This document shows, in pieces, positions 1 to 9,112 of a stretch of 25,530 nucleotides of DNA. Both the position numbers and the translations under genes were made by a program. The stretch is from the NCBI GenBank assembly GCA_965649205.1, contig CBFGJV010000025.1, forward strand, positions 1 to 25,530. The letters run 5' to 3'. Within the stretch, counting starts at the first letter, position 1, and every line of letters begins with the position of its first letter. Below the pieces are notes generated by a model. It was not told where the DNA came from, ran no database searches, and was given only the letters and a program-made list of their open reading frames with translations. This DNA is from a candidate division WOR-3 bacterium. Its GTDB lineage: Bacteria; Hydrothermota; Tepidihabitantia; Tepidihabitantales; Tepidihabitantaceae.

Positions 1-1
1 G

Positions 2-2389
2 AATACGTCTGCCGTTTATGGTTTTGCCAATACCCTCCGTAAAATGCTAAGGACTTTGACGCCTTCACACTGTGCGGTTGTTTTCGATGCACCGGGCAAG
101 ACATTCCGTCACCAGAAGTTGGAGGAGTACAAGATTCAGAGACCACCTGCCCCAGCGGAGTTGACCGAGCAGATACCCCTGATAAAGAAAATGGTGCAAG
201 CCTGGGGACTGACGAGTGTTGAATGTCCGGGTGTGGAAGCTGATGACGTACTGGCTACGTTGGCCCACAAGTTTGCGCAAGCGGGTTTCGAGGTAGTTAT
301 CGGTACCAGCGACAAAGACCTTTTGCAGCTAGTTGGCGGCAATGTCACAGTTTTTGATCCCTGGCAGGAAAAGCAATACCGAGAACAGGGAGTAAAAGAA
401 AAATTGGGGGTGGGGCCAGAGTTGGTGGTAGATTACTTGGCATTGACTGGCGACGTAAGCGATAACATTCCCGGTGTCCCGGGAATTGGACCGAAGCGGG
501 CTTTGGATATTTTGTTGCGACATGGTTCGTTGGATACTGCCTTGGCCCAGGAGCCTAGGTTGCGAGGTTACGAGCAAGTAGCAAAGTTGAGCCAGGAATT
601 GGTAAGAGTTCGCACTGACCTGGATCTGGTAGTAAGCGAGGAAGAATTCAAGATACGGGAACCAGACCGGAAACAACTGATGCACATTTTCCAAGAGATG
701 GAGTTTAGTTCTCTCATCAATGAACTAGGATTGAAGCAATCCCTGGGTGAGGTAGTGGTGACAGCGGCAAGCGACGTACCTAAGACCGGAACCGTTGCCT
801 TCAAGTTCGTGCCTGGCGAAGGTCTCTGGTTTACTGTTGACGGTAGAAACATACAGTATTGGTCCGCAGAGCGAGTTGACGATATCAGGGAGTTTTTTCA
901 TGCAACCGGATTGACTAAGGTAGGGTTTGACCTCAAATCCCAAATTAAGCAAGCTACACGATTGGGTCTGGAGTGTAGGGGTAGATTGTTTGATGTGGGG
1001 GTAGGAGCATGGCTTCTTGATCCGAATCGGAAGAGATACGGCATTGAGGATATAACGCTACAGTTCTTGCATCAACCTATCCGGCCGGACACCCCCCCAA
1101 AAGAACCATTCGTAGTAATGGAACTATTGCGTCAGTTGGAGCCGGAGTTGTTGGCGCGTGGTCTGGAAAAGGTATGTTGGGATCTAGAAATGCCACTGAT
1201 TTCGGTGTTAGCGATGATGGAGGAAAGAGGCATTGGTGTAGACGTTGGTTATTTGGAGAGATTAGAGCATGAACTGCGCCAGGAGGCAGAGAAAACAAAG
1301 CAAAGTATATGGAATAGGGTCGGGGTAGAATTCAATGTTGGTTCGCCTAAGCAGTTGGCAGAAGTGTTGTTTGAGAAACTCAAGCTGCCCAGAGGGAGAA
1401 AGACAAAAACCGGTTTTTCAACAGATTCTGCCGTACTGGAGGAACTTGCTTCTCAACATCCGATCGTGGAAGAAGTAATTTATTACCGCGAGCTGACAAA
1501 GCTCTGCAACACGTACATAGCTCCACTTCGGGAGATGGCTCGGCCAGGTGCCGGAGTGAGTCGGATTCACTGTGAGTTCAATCAGACTGGTACTGCCACA
1601 GGCAGGCTTTCTTCTTCCCGCCCGAACCTTCAGAATATACCTATACGTACAGAGTTGGGCCGGCGTATTAGACAAGCATTTGTGGCGGATAGGGGCAGGA
1701 TGTTTATCTCGGCGGACTACTCGCAGATAGAGCTAAGAGTGTTGGCACACATTGCCCAGGATGAGGAATTGCGGCGGGCCTTTCTGGCGGGAGAGGATAT
1801 TCATGTTCATACGGCGGCGTCTGTCTTTGGCGTTGCGGCCAGCGAGGTAACTCCGGAGCAGAGGCGTATGGCTAAGGTTGTGAACTACGGTCTAATTTAC
1901 GGCATGGGGGACTATGGTCTTTCCTGGCGTATGGGCATTCCTCGCGAGCAGGCGCGGACTTTTCTTGAGCAGTATATGAGTAGGTTTGCAGGTGTGGCTG
2001 CTTGGCGCGAACGTCTACTTGCTGAGGTTGAGGAGAAAGGTTTTGTGCGGTCTCTCTCCGGACGCATCCGTCCCTTCCCTAGTGTTGCCAGTCGTGACCG
2101 CAACGTAGCGGAGGCGGCGAAGAGGGCGGCTATAAATGCTCCTATACAGGGTTCGGCTGCAGACATAATGAAGCGGGCAATGCTCAACTTGGAGGAGAGG
2201 TTGGTAACAGAGCAAGTTGATGCTGGGATTGTAGTACAAGTACACGATGAACTTCTTGTTGAGGTTGCGGAAGAGTGTTTGGAGCCGGCTAAACAGATAG
2301 TGAAAGAAGAAATGGAGTTCGCTTGGAAACTGGATGTTCCTTTGGTAGCAGAAATAGGAGTGGGTCGAACCTGGGGAGAGGCACACTGA
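2..2389 (+). CDS. polA: DNA polymerase I (5' end outside the window)
   Basis: The frame is open from base 2 (NTSAVYGFANTLRKM...). 5'-nuclease motifs VFDAPGKTFRH, EADD, SDKDLLQL and GDVSDNIPGVPGIG; polymerase motifs A (ADYSQIELR), B (RRMAKVVNYGLIYG) and C (VHDELL). Confidence 0.98.
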   Translation, partial: NTSAVYGFANTLRKMLRTLTPSHCAVVFDAPGKTFRHQKLEEYKIQRPPAPAELTEQIPLIKKMVQAWGLTSVECPGVEADDVLATLAHKFAQAGFEVVIGTSDKDLLQLVGGNVTVFDPWQEKQYREQGVKEKLGVGPELVVDYLALTGDVSDNIPGVPGIGPKRALDILLRHGSLDTALAQEPRLRGYEQVAKLSQELVRVRTDLDLVVSEEEFKIREPDRKQLMHIFQEMEFSSLINELGLKQSLGEVVVTAASDVPKTGTVAFKFVPGEGLWFTVDGRNIQYWSAERVDDIREFFHATGLTKVGFDLKSQIKQATRLGLECRGRLFDVGVGAWLLDPNRKRYGIEDITLQFLHQPIRPDTPPKEPFVVMELLRQLEPELLARGLEKVCWDLEMPLISVLAMMEERGIGVDVGYLERLEHELRQEAEKTKQSIWNRVGVEFNVGSPKQLAEVLFEKLKLPRGRKTKTGFSTDSAVLEELASQHPIVEEVIYYRELTKLCNTYIAPLREMARPGAGVSRIHCEFNQTGTATGRLSSSRPNLQNIPIRTELGRRIRQAFVADRGRMFISADYSQIELRVLAHIAQDEELRRAFLAGEDIHVHTAASVFGVAASEVTPEQRRMAKVVNYGLIYGMGDYGLSWRMGIPREQARTFLEQYMSRFAGVAAWRERLLAEVEEKGFVRSLSGRIRPFPSVASRDRNVAEAAKRAAINAPIQGSAADIMKRAMLNLEERLVTEQVDAGIVVQVHDELLVEVAEECLEPAKQIVKEEMEFAWKLDVPLVAEIGVGRTWGEAH

Positions 2390-2390
2390 G

Positions 2391-3626
2391 ATGTGCGATT
2401 TGGTTCTTGACTCTCTGGCGGCAGGGGGCACATCTTCTCTGCAGAAAAGGAGAGGTAGAGACAAAAGACGACGGATACGTGTGCTGGTGGTATTCGGGAC
2501 AAGACCCGAGGCGATAAAATTGGCTCCGGTCATAATACAGTTGAAAAAATACCCGCAGCGGTTTGAGGTATTTCTGGCAATTACAGCCCAGCACCGGCAT
2601 ATGCTGGACCGGGTATTGACTGTGTTTGGTATCAGCCCGGATTTTGATCTGGACATCATGCGCTCCAATCAGTCTCTGGCTGATATAACCACAAGAACCC
2701 TGAGAGGGATTGAGAAGCTACTGCGCAAGGTCATGCCCGACCTAATTCTAGTGCAGGGGGATACCACGACAGCATTTGCCGCAGCACTGGCGGCGTACTA
2801 TTGTCGGGTCGGGGTTGGTCACGTAGAGGCAGGGTTGCGTACAGGCGACAAATTTGCGCCATACCCCGAGGAGATTAATCGTCGGCTTCTTGCGAGTCTG
2901 GCCGATGTTCATTTCGCACCCACACTGCGGGCACGCAATAATCTCATGAGTGAGGGTGTATCGGCGGATTCCATATATGTGACGGGGAACACGGTGATAG
3001 ATGCACTCCGGCTTATACGCAAGAAGCTGAGGCGTGAGGTCCTGCTAGGAGTGGGGCGTTTACCGTTGCCTGGCCGGAGACCTTCTTGTCGCCTTATTCT
3101 TGTTACTGCTCATCGACGGGAGAGTTTTGGGCCGGGGCTTGAGCGTATCTGCGAGGCTTTGATTTCTATAGTTCGGCGCAATCCTGATGTGGAGGTCGTT
3201 TATCCTGTGCATCTCAATCCCAATGTGCGGCAACCAGTGCGGCGTGCGCTTGCCGGTACCGAACGGATTCATCTTGTTAGGCCGCTTGACTACCTTTCTT
3301 TTGTTTATCTGATGAACCAAGCATACTTGATTCTTACCGACTCGGGGGGCATACAAGAGGAGGCACCGGCATTGGGCAAGCCGGTGCTGGTGTTGCGGGA
3401 CAAGACGGAGCGGCCTGAAGCGGTTGAGGCCGGTACGGCGTTGGTTGTTGGCACGGAACCCAGACGGATAGTTGCTGCAGTGGAACTTCTTTTGAAGTCA
3501 AAGCAGAAATATCAACGGATGGCTCGGGCACAAAATCCTTTTGGTGATGGTCACGCGGCCCAACGGATTGTGCGCATTCTCAGCCATACTTGGAAGGCTG
3601 TTGGGGGCACCGACGATGTTTCGTGA
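2391..3626 (+). CDS. wecB: UDP-N-acetylglucosamine 2-epimerase (non-hydrolysing)
   Basis: Motifs VFGTRPEAIKLAP, VQGDTTT, HVEAGLRT, PEEINR, TDSGGIQEEAP, TERPE and NPFGDG. The start is uncertain: ATG 2391 gives a basic N-terminal extension of about 27 aa. Confidence 0.96.
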   Translation: MCDLVLDSLAAGGTSSLQKRRGRDKRRRIRVLVVFGTRPEAIKLAPVIIQLKKYPQRFEVFLAITAQHRHMLDRVLTVFGISPDFDLDIMRSNQSLADITTRTLRGIEKLLRKVMPDLILVQGDTTTAFAAALAAYYCRVGVGHVEAGLRTGDKFAPYPEEINRRLLASLADVHFAPTLRARNNLMSEGVSADSIYVTGNTVIDALRLIRKKLRREVLLGVGRLPLPGRRPSCRLILVTAHRRESFGPGLERICEALISIVRRNPDVEVVYPVHLNPNVRQPVRRALAGTERIHLVRPLDYLSFVYLMNQAYLILTDSGGIQEEAPALGKPVLVLRDKTERPEAVEAGTALVVGTEPRRIVAAVELLLKSKQKYQRMARAQNPFGDGHAAQRIVRILSHTWKAVGGTDDVS

Positions 3627-3627
3627 G

Positions 3628-3655
3628 TTGACACTAGTAGTCATTTTCCTACACT
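3628..3655 (+). promoter_or_regulatory. sigma70-type promoter for the polysaccharide copolymerase gene
   Basis: TTGACA-N16-TACACT in the 36-bp gap, ending 7 nt before GTG 3663; no Shine-Dalgarno. Confidence 0.7.
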
Positions 3656-3662
3656 TTGCGCT

Positions 3663-4895
3663 GTGAATAGATTCCTGCAATTCATCCGGGTTATACTTAA
3701 ATGGCGCAAGTTTATTTTCTATAATACGCTAGTCGTCACATTTCTGGGGATTGTCATCAGTTTCATTCTTCCCCACCGCTATACAGCGGTGGCAAGATTG
3801 CTACCTCCTCAGGAGGAGGATTTGTTCGGCGCTACTTCGCTGCTTACAGGAGGACTCAGCAGTGGGAGGCTGAGCAAGTTGCGTCTGGGGGGTATGTTGG
3901 GTGGGGCTACATCTTCTGATTTGATGGTGGGTATTCTTGCCAGCAGAACTATAATGCAGAATGTGGTGGAGCGATGCAGCATTGTTGATTATTACCGCAT
4001 AAAGAGACGCAGTATGGAAGCGGCCATAAAAACGCTGCGGAAGCTGACGACTCTGTCAGTTTCAGACGAAGGTATTGTGACCATAAGAGTAGAAGCCAAG
4101 ACCCCCCAGCTTGCTGCTAATATTGCTAACTGTTTTGTTGAAGAATTGGACGTGTTCCTGCGCACTTCTAATATCAGCCGGGGCCGTAACATGCGTCTGT
4201 TCCTAGAGCGGCATCTAGCTGAGGTGGAAAGTACTTTTAGACTGGCGCAGGAGTCGCTCAGGGTGTTCCAGCAGAGGTATAGGACAGTGACGGTAGACGA
4301 AGAGAGCAAGGCCGCAATCGAGGCTTACGCCAAACTGAAGTCAGAGCTGTATATCAAACAGGCAGAACTGGGAATGATTGAAGGCGTGAGCAATTCTAGT
4401 AATCCCTATATTAGAAGTCTTAAGGCAGAGGTTAGTTCTTTCGAAGACCAGTTGCGGCGACTGGAGCAGGGCGGGGACCGGACGGGATTTGGCGTGGGGT
4501 TTGGAGTTCCTTTTGAAAGTCTTCCCGATGTGGGAGCCGAGTATGTGCGCCGCTATCGGGACGTTAAGGTACAGGAAGAAGCGTTTGCCATGTTATACCA
4601 GCAGTACGAATATGCAAAAGTTCTTGAAGCTCGAGATACTCCGACCCTTACCGTTCTTGACTATGCTGTCCCGCCGGAGCGAAGAAGTTTTCCGCGACGT
4701 TTGCCTATTACTCTGATAGTGTTCTTCTTTGGTTTGACTTCAGGTACTTGCTTTGCGTTTGTTTCAGAATACTTCGAACATCTGCAGAAGTTCAAACCGG
4801 ATGAATATCAGGGATGGAGGGAAGCAGCCGGGCAGCTCGTAGGGAGCCTGAGGCATTTCGGCCGCTTGTTCTTGCGTAAAAGAACCCAGGAATGA
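3663..4895 (+). CDS. Polysaccharide copolymerase / chain-length determinant (Wzz/GumC-like, no kinase domain)
   Basis: N-terminal TM segment followed by PxxYTAxAxLLPP, a long predicted coiled coil, Pro-rich VLDYAVPPERRSFPRR and a second TM segment. GTG start. Confidence 0.88.
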   Translation: MNRFLQFIRVILKWRKFIFYNTLVVTFLGIVISFILPHRYTAVARLLPPQEEDLFGATSLLTGGLSSGRLSKLRLGGMLGGATSSDLMVGILASRTIMQNVVERCSIVDYYRIKRRSMEAAIKTLRKLTTLSVSDEGIVTIRVEAKTPQLAANIANCFVEELDVFLRTSNISRGRNMRLFLERHLAEVESTFRLAQESLRVFQQRYRTVTVDEESKAAIEAYAKLKSELYIKQAELGMIEGVSNSSNPYIRSLKAEVSSFEDQLRRLEQGGDRTGFGVGFGVPFESLPDVGAEYVRRYRDVKVQEEAFAMLYQQYEYAKVLEARDTPTLTVLDYAVPPERRSFPRRLPITLIVFFFGLTSGTCFAFVSEYFEHLQKFKPDEYQGWREAAGQLVGSLRHFGRLFLRKRTQE

Positions 4896-6364
4896 GCCTG
4901 GGAGCAGAGTCACACCCGGAAAAGCCTTACTCGGCAGCTCGGAGGGTAGCCAAGAATACCTTCTATCTGGCACTGGCCGAGATAGCAAACAAGCTTATGA
5001 CTTTTGCCTTTTTTGCGCTCGCAGCCAGACACCTCGGAAGGGAGCGGTTCGGAACATTCTCTTTCGCTCTCGCTTTCAATGCCATGTTTTCTGTTTTTAC
5101 TGATCTGGGACTTGGTTTCCTGACCGCAAGAGAAATCGCTCGTAGCCATGCCGGAGCTGGCAGATATGTGGGAAATTCTTTGGCGGCAAAATCTATAGCG
5201 TCGTTTCTGCTGGCGGGGCTCTCAATACTTGTTGCCCGATTGCTCGGTTATCCTCCTGCGACCGTTGCTCTTGTTGCCGTTACCAGTATGTTCATTCTGG
5301 CCAGCGCCGTGGCCACGTACTTCGGAGCGGTTTTCCAGGGATTTGAAAGAATGGAATTTACTGCCCTTACAAGATTGCTGCAGACTGCAACTCTGATTTT
5401 GGGCGCCTCGGTTATTGGCAGGGGAGCGGTCGTGACGATGCGCTATGCGTGGCTCTATGTGGGCGCGGGCTTTGTTGCTGCTCTGTGTGGTGCTCTGCTG
5501 ACCAAGTGGAAGTTGGTAAGAGGCGGTTTGAGTTGTACGCTCCAGGAACTGAAAGCTATGCTCAAGGCGGGTTTACCTTTCGGGATAGGCTCGGTGTTTG
5601 TGGTTTTGTACTACTGGAACGGCACGGCTTTTTTGTCGAAGTTCAAGGACGATGCTGAGGTTGGTTTGTACAGCGCGGCATTTCGACTTGTGTTGGGTAT
5701 TGGTTTTCTGGCTTATGCTTTTTCGGGAGCGATGTACCCGCTCATGTCTCGGCTGCATATTGCGGCTACAGAGAGGTTGAAGGCTGGTCTGACTGCATCG
5801 CTCCGGTATGTGCTTGTGCTGGCTGTGCCCATGGGCGTATTCGTTTCGGTACTGGCTAGCCAAATCATAGTATTAATCTACGGAGCTCAGTATGCGGCAG
5901 CTGCACCTGTTTTGCGGATTCTTGCATGGTGGGGTGGTCTAGCCTCGCTCAATTCGATGTTGAGTAATTATCTGTACGCAGTTGACCGGCCGAAAACAGT
6001 ATTACTTCAATCTGCCCTTGGTTTGATTACGAATGTGGCATTGAATCTGCTGCTCATTCCTCTTCTGGGGGGGCGTGGAGTGGCCATAGCAATTGTTGCC
6101 GCCGAACTATGTGGCACGATTATACTTCTGCTGGCTCAGACCACGACTGCCTCGCGGGCCGATATGCGGCAGGTCTTCGCTGCTGTAATCAAATGTTTTG
6201 CGGCAGCGGCAGTGGCGGTGGCTTTAGCTTTCTATGTTGCCAAAGTGCTGCACATCGTGCCGGGTCTAGTCGCCGGGCTGGCTCTATATACTGGTCTGAT
6301 AGTGTTATTACGAGTCATCGATCGGACGGAGATGGCTGCCTTGGGACATATGCTAAAAACATGA
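4892..6364 (+). CDS. wzx: Wzx-type oligosaccharide flippase (MOP family)
   Basis: Polytopic 490-aa protein; VAKNT...ARHLGRERFG, DLGLG..TAREIAR and VGLYSAAFRL are typical of the family. ATGA overlap with the upstream gene. Confidence 0.92.
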   Translation: MSLGAESHPEKPYSAARRVAKNTFYLALAEIANKLMTFAFFALAARHLGRERFGTFSFALAFNAMFSVFTDLGLGFLTAREIARSHAGAGRYVGNSLAAKSIASFLLAGLSILVARLLGYPPATVALVAVTSMFILASAVATYFGAVFQGFERMEFTALTRLLQTATLILGASVIGRGAVVTMRYAWLYVGAGFVAALCGALLTKWKLVRGGLSCTLQELKAMLKAGLPFGIGSVFVVLYYWNGTAFLSKFKDDAEVGLYSAAFRLVLGIGFLAYAFSGAMYPLMSRLHIAATERLKAGLTASLRYVLVLAVPMGVFVSVLASQIIVLIYGAQYAAAAPVLRILAWWGGLASLNSMLSNYLYAVDRPKTVLLQSALGLITNVALNLLLIPLLGGRGVAIAIVAAELCGTIILLLAQTTTASRADMRQVFAAVIKCFAAAAVAVALAFYVAKVLHIVPGLVAGLALYTGLIVLLRVIDRTEMAALGHMLKT

Positions 6365-7800
6365 CAGACCGCGCAACAAAATCAGCAGTTTTTCCAAACG
6401 CACCCAGCCTGGTATTCTTCGTGAGTGTACAAGGAAGTTTCATTCTGGGCTTTTTCCTTCTGCTTTCGCGCCTGGGTACCATGCCGGCAATTACTTGGCT
6501 GTTGTTACCCCTGTATTTCTTGTTTATGGTGTTGCTGGCAGGCAGACCCTATGCCATTTTGGTTTATGTTGTCGCGATTCTGCCTCTTACGTCGCTGGAG
6601 TTACTTCCGCCTGGCTATGTTCTGATTGCGGTTTATTGGGGCGCCCTTTTTCTGCTGTTCTTGTTCAGGTTGTGGCCGTTCTCTCCAAGGTCGACTAAGG
6701 CAAATACCATAGCTGTGCTTACCGAGAGAAAGATACTCAGCGTTCTTGGTTTCCTGATGCTTTTCTCAGGTCTGCTCGCTGGCATCCGCGGCTGGGCTAC
6801 TCCTGACTTGGCGAGAGATACTCTGATGGGTTTGACCGTGCTGGTTACCGTCTGGTTCTTTGCTACCGTTCCGGAAAGTACTTCCCAGATACGTACGCTA
6901 TGTTACTCTATGGGTGCACTCTATGTCCTGGTTTGTTTCCTGCTCCCTGCGTTTTCAGAGCGACAGGTAGGAGGAATAATGGGGAAAGCATTGGTTGCGC
7001 CTGGTGGTTTAGTGAATTTTAACGCGTTTGCTGCCCATGTAGGTGCAACGGTTGTGATTTTTCTGGGAATGTTGCTTGACGAGAAGAAAACGATCAGGAA
7101 GGTTATGCTCATTGCTGGCATAAGTATTTTACTAGCGGCACTGATCTATACCAGGTCAAGAGGAGCTTGGTTGGGATTGGGTTTGGCTTTTGTTTACCTA
7201 GTTCTACGTACACGTTCGTGGAGAATGATTCTAGTTGCAGGAGTGGCTGCTGTCGCCTTGCTCTCTACAGAGTTGTTGCGTTATCTTGTTTCCACTCGTC
7301 TCCAAGCTACTAGCGCTCAGGATCCTTCTCTGTGGGGAAGGTTTTTGCTTTGGTCCTATGCGTTGAAGGTGTTCAGTCACAACTGGCTTTTCGGAGTTGG
7401 CTTTGAAAACTTCAGGTATGTTAAGCATATGTACGGTTTTCCTTGGCCACGAGCCTACGGAATTCCTTTCAATGCGCATAATATATATCTGGAGTTTCTG
7501 GTTGATTTGGGAGTGCCGGGTCTTCTTTTTCTTTTGTGGCTTTTGAGTCGCGTTCTGATCAAGGCGGATAAAGTGGGTCGTTTACTCAAATCCCAAGAGC
7601 GGGGTTTGGCTCTTGGTCTGGCTGCCGCAATTATTCTTTACATGGGGCACGGGCTGCTGGATTGTATTATATGGCAGCACGGTGCTTTTATGCTCTTTGG
7701 GGTTGTGCTGGGTTTGTCTCTTTCCATTTATCGACTGTCTTTTTGCGGTCCAGGAGAATTACTTCAGACATGCAGGGGCGGAAACGTGGACCGGGCCTGA
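6361..7800 (+). CDS. O-antigen ligase/polymerase family (Wzy_C) membrane protein
   Basis: Polytopic, with TRSRGAW, GRFLLW, FGVGFENF and AHNIYLEFLVDLG motifs. The likely start is ATG 6361 (ATGA overlap with the wzx stop), not 6109. Confidence 0.88.
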   Translation: MTDRATKSAVFPNAPSLVFFVSVQGSFILGFFLLLSRLGTMPAITWLLLPLYFLFMVLLAGRPYAILVYVVAILPLTSLELLPPGYVLIAVYWGALFLLFLFRLWPFSPRSTKANTIAVLTERKILSVLGFLMLFSGLLAGIRGWATPDLARDTLMGLTVLVTVWFFATVPESTSQIRTLCYSMGALYVLVCFLLPAFSERQVGGIMGKALVAPGGLVNFNAFAAHVGATVVIFLGMLLDEKKTIRKVMLIAGISILLAALIYTRSRGAWLGLGLAFVYLVLRTRSWRMILVAGVAAVALLSTELLRYLVSTRLQATSAQDPSLWGRFLLWSYALKVFSHNWLFGVGFENFRYVKHMYGFPWPRAYGIPFNAHNIYLEFLVDLGVPGLLFLLWLLSRVLIKADKVGRLLKSQERGLALGLAAAIILYMGHGLLDCIIWQHGAFMLFGVVLGLSLSIYRLSFCGPGELLQTCRGGNVDRA

Positions 7801-7857
7801 AATGTTTTCTACGCGCGTAGTTTGTTTAGGCTCGAGAGTTCGCAAGAAATGTGTTGA

Positions 7858-8952
7858 TCAGGTTATTTTGCGTTTAGACAACAGAAACTCGGCAATTTTT
7901 AAAATCTTTTCAGCAGTATTATTCCACGAAAAAAGCCTTGCTCGCTGTGGACCTTTCCGACGCAGCTCAGCAGTAAGCTGATTGTTCTCCAGCAATAGGC
8001 GTATCTTTGCACTAATGTCTTCCGGCTTCAGAGGGTTAAAATAGACTGCGGCGTCACCTGCGACCTCCGGTAGTGCGGAAGCAGCACTGCAAGCGACTGG
8101 TGCACCATGGGCCAGAGCTTCGAGCACCGGTAAGCCAAAACCCTCCTGTAACGACGGCAGAACAAAAGCCGAACATGTCTGGTACAATCTCGAGAGTTCT
8201 TCATCACTTACGTTTTGCAGCACCAAAACGCGATCTTCTACTCCATAGAGATGGATTGCGCGCCAGGTGGAGCGCAGATGTTTTTGCGTGCCCCAGCCGG
8301 CAAGCACCAGTTTCAGGCGTTCGTAGTCGCGTATTCGGCTGAAAGCGTTTACAAGCGCAGATACGTTCTTATGGGGCATATGACCGCCCACATAGAGTAT
8401 AAAAGGGGATATGTCTGACGGCGCAGGGCACGGGGAGGTGGAGGGTTTTGGTTCCAATCCCGTGCCTGGGTAGACTACACATACACGTCTGGGACAGACA
8501 AATCTGCGCCGGCACAGTTCTCGAGCTGTGTACCTAGAAACTGCAATTATAAACCTTGCCCAGCGTAGGGTTTGCAGTGTAGCCCAGAAATAGGTCTTGT
8601 ATTTGGGCGAATACAGGTGACTTACGAGGAGAGGTATCAGGTCGTGAACTATGGCGACGGTTGGTATGCTGGGCCAGGGCGGTACTTCAGGAGTAGGAGA
8701 AAGTAATATATCGTGCCCGCCGCCGAGTTGGTTACGGAGACGCGTCAACACCCAGAAAAATCTTTCCAGGTTTCCACGGCTTGAAGTAGGCAATTCCACT
8801 AATTTACAGTTGCAGTTGTCGAAAAGATCCGGAAAGGAAGTCAGCAGGGTAACGTCGCTTCGGGTAGCTAAGGCGGGAACTACTTGTAACAAATAGCGGG
8901 TAATACCAACTGGTTCTCTACCCGCAAACGCGGCGTTGACCAGAATTTTCAC
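7858..8952 (-). CDS. Glycosyltransferase family 4 (GT-B), inverted relative to the cluster
   Basis: VHDLIP, YVGG..PHKN, EGFGLPVLEA (EX7E motif) and ALPEVAGDAA. GTG start. Confidence 0.93.
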   Translation of the reverse strand: MKILVNAAFAGREPVGITRYLLQVVPALATRSDVTLLTSFPDLFDNCNCKLVELPTSSRGNLERFFWVLTRLRNQLGGGHDILLSPTPEVPPWPSIPTVAIVHDLIPLLVSHLYSPKYKTYFWATLQTLRWARFIIAVSRYTARELCRRRFVCPRRVCVVYPGTGLEPKPSTSPCPAPSDISPFILYVGGHMPHKNVSALVNAFSRIRDYERLKLVLAGWGTQKHLRSTWRAIHLYGVEDRVLVLQNVSDEELSRLYQTCSAFVLPSLQEGFGLPVLEALAHGAPVACSAASALPEVAGDAAVYFNPLKPEDISAKIRLLLENNQLTAELRRKGPQRARLFSWNNTAEKILKIAEFLLSKRKIT

Positions 8953-8960
8953 TATCTCCC

Positions 8961-8988
8961 AGTATCTTTAGGTTTACCACAGTGTCAA
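8961..8988 (-). promoter_or_regulatory. sigma70-type promoter for the inverted GT4
   Basis: The minus strand reads TTGACA-CTGTGGTAAACCTAAA(16)-GATACT-GGGAGATA-GTG. Confidence 0.55.
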
Positions 8989-9079
8989 TTGCCGTTGCCG
9001 AAATTCGACTTGAGACTCGGTTGCTTTTGGGCCGAGGAGAGGCCTGGGAAGCTTGCATAGTGAAGAAGAAAACGTTGGC

Positions 9080-9107
9080 TTGCGAGCAAATGCAAGCGTA
9101 GTATAAT
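9080..9107 (+). promoter_or_regulatory. sigma70-type promoter for the + strand glycosyltransferase run
   Basis: TTGCGA-N16-TATAAT, ending 5 nt before GTG 9113; no Shine-Dalgarno. Confidence 0.7.
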
Positions 9108-9112
9108 CGGCC

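Noticed and set aside
6109..6360. N-terminal extension of the Wzy_C ORF (similar extensions at 10174, 12416 and 16610)
   Set aside because: Most overlap upstream genes. Downstream ATG starts fit better through ATGA coupling, a Shine-Dalgarno or the family N-terminus.
7809..7820. Perfect 12-bp palindrome CTACGCGCGTAG between convergent genes
   Set aside because: It forms only a 4-bp stem and occurs once; too weak to call a terminator or operator.
7801..9076. Invertible cassette around the inverted GT4 (AATGTTTTCT at 7801 against AGAAAACGTT at 9067)
   Set aside because: Only a 9/10 match over 10 AT-rich bases, and there is no recombinase in the window.
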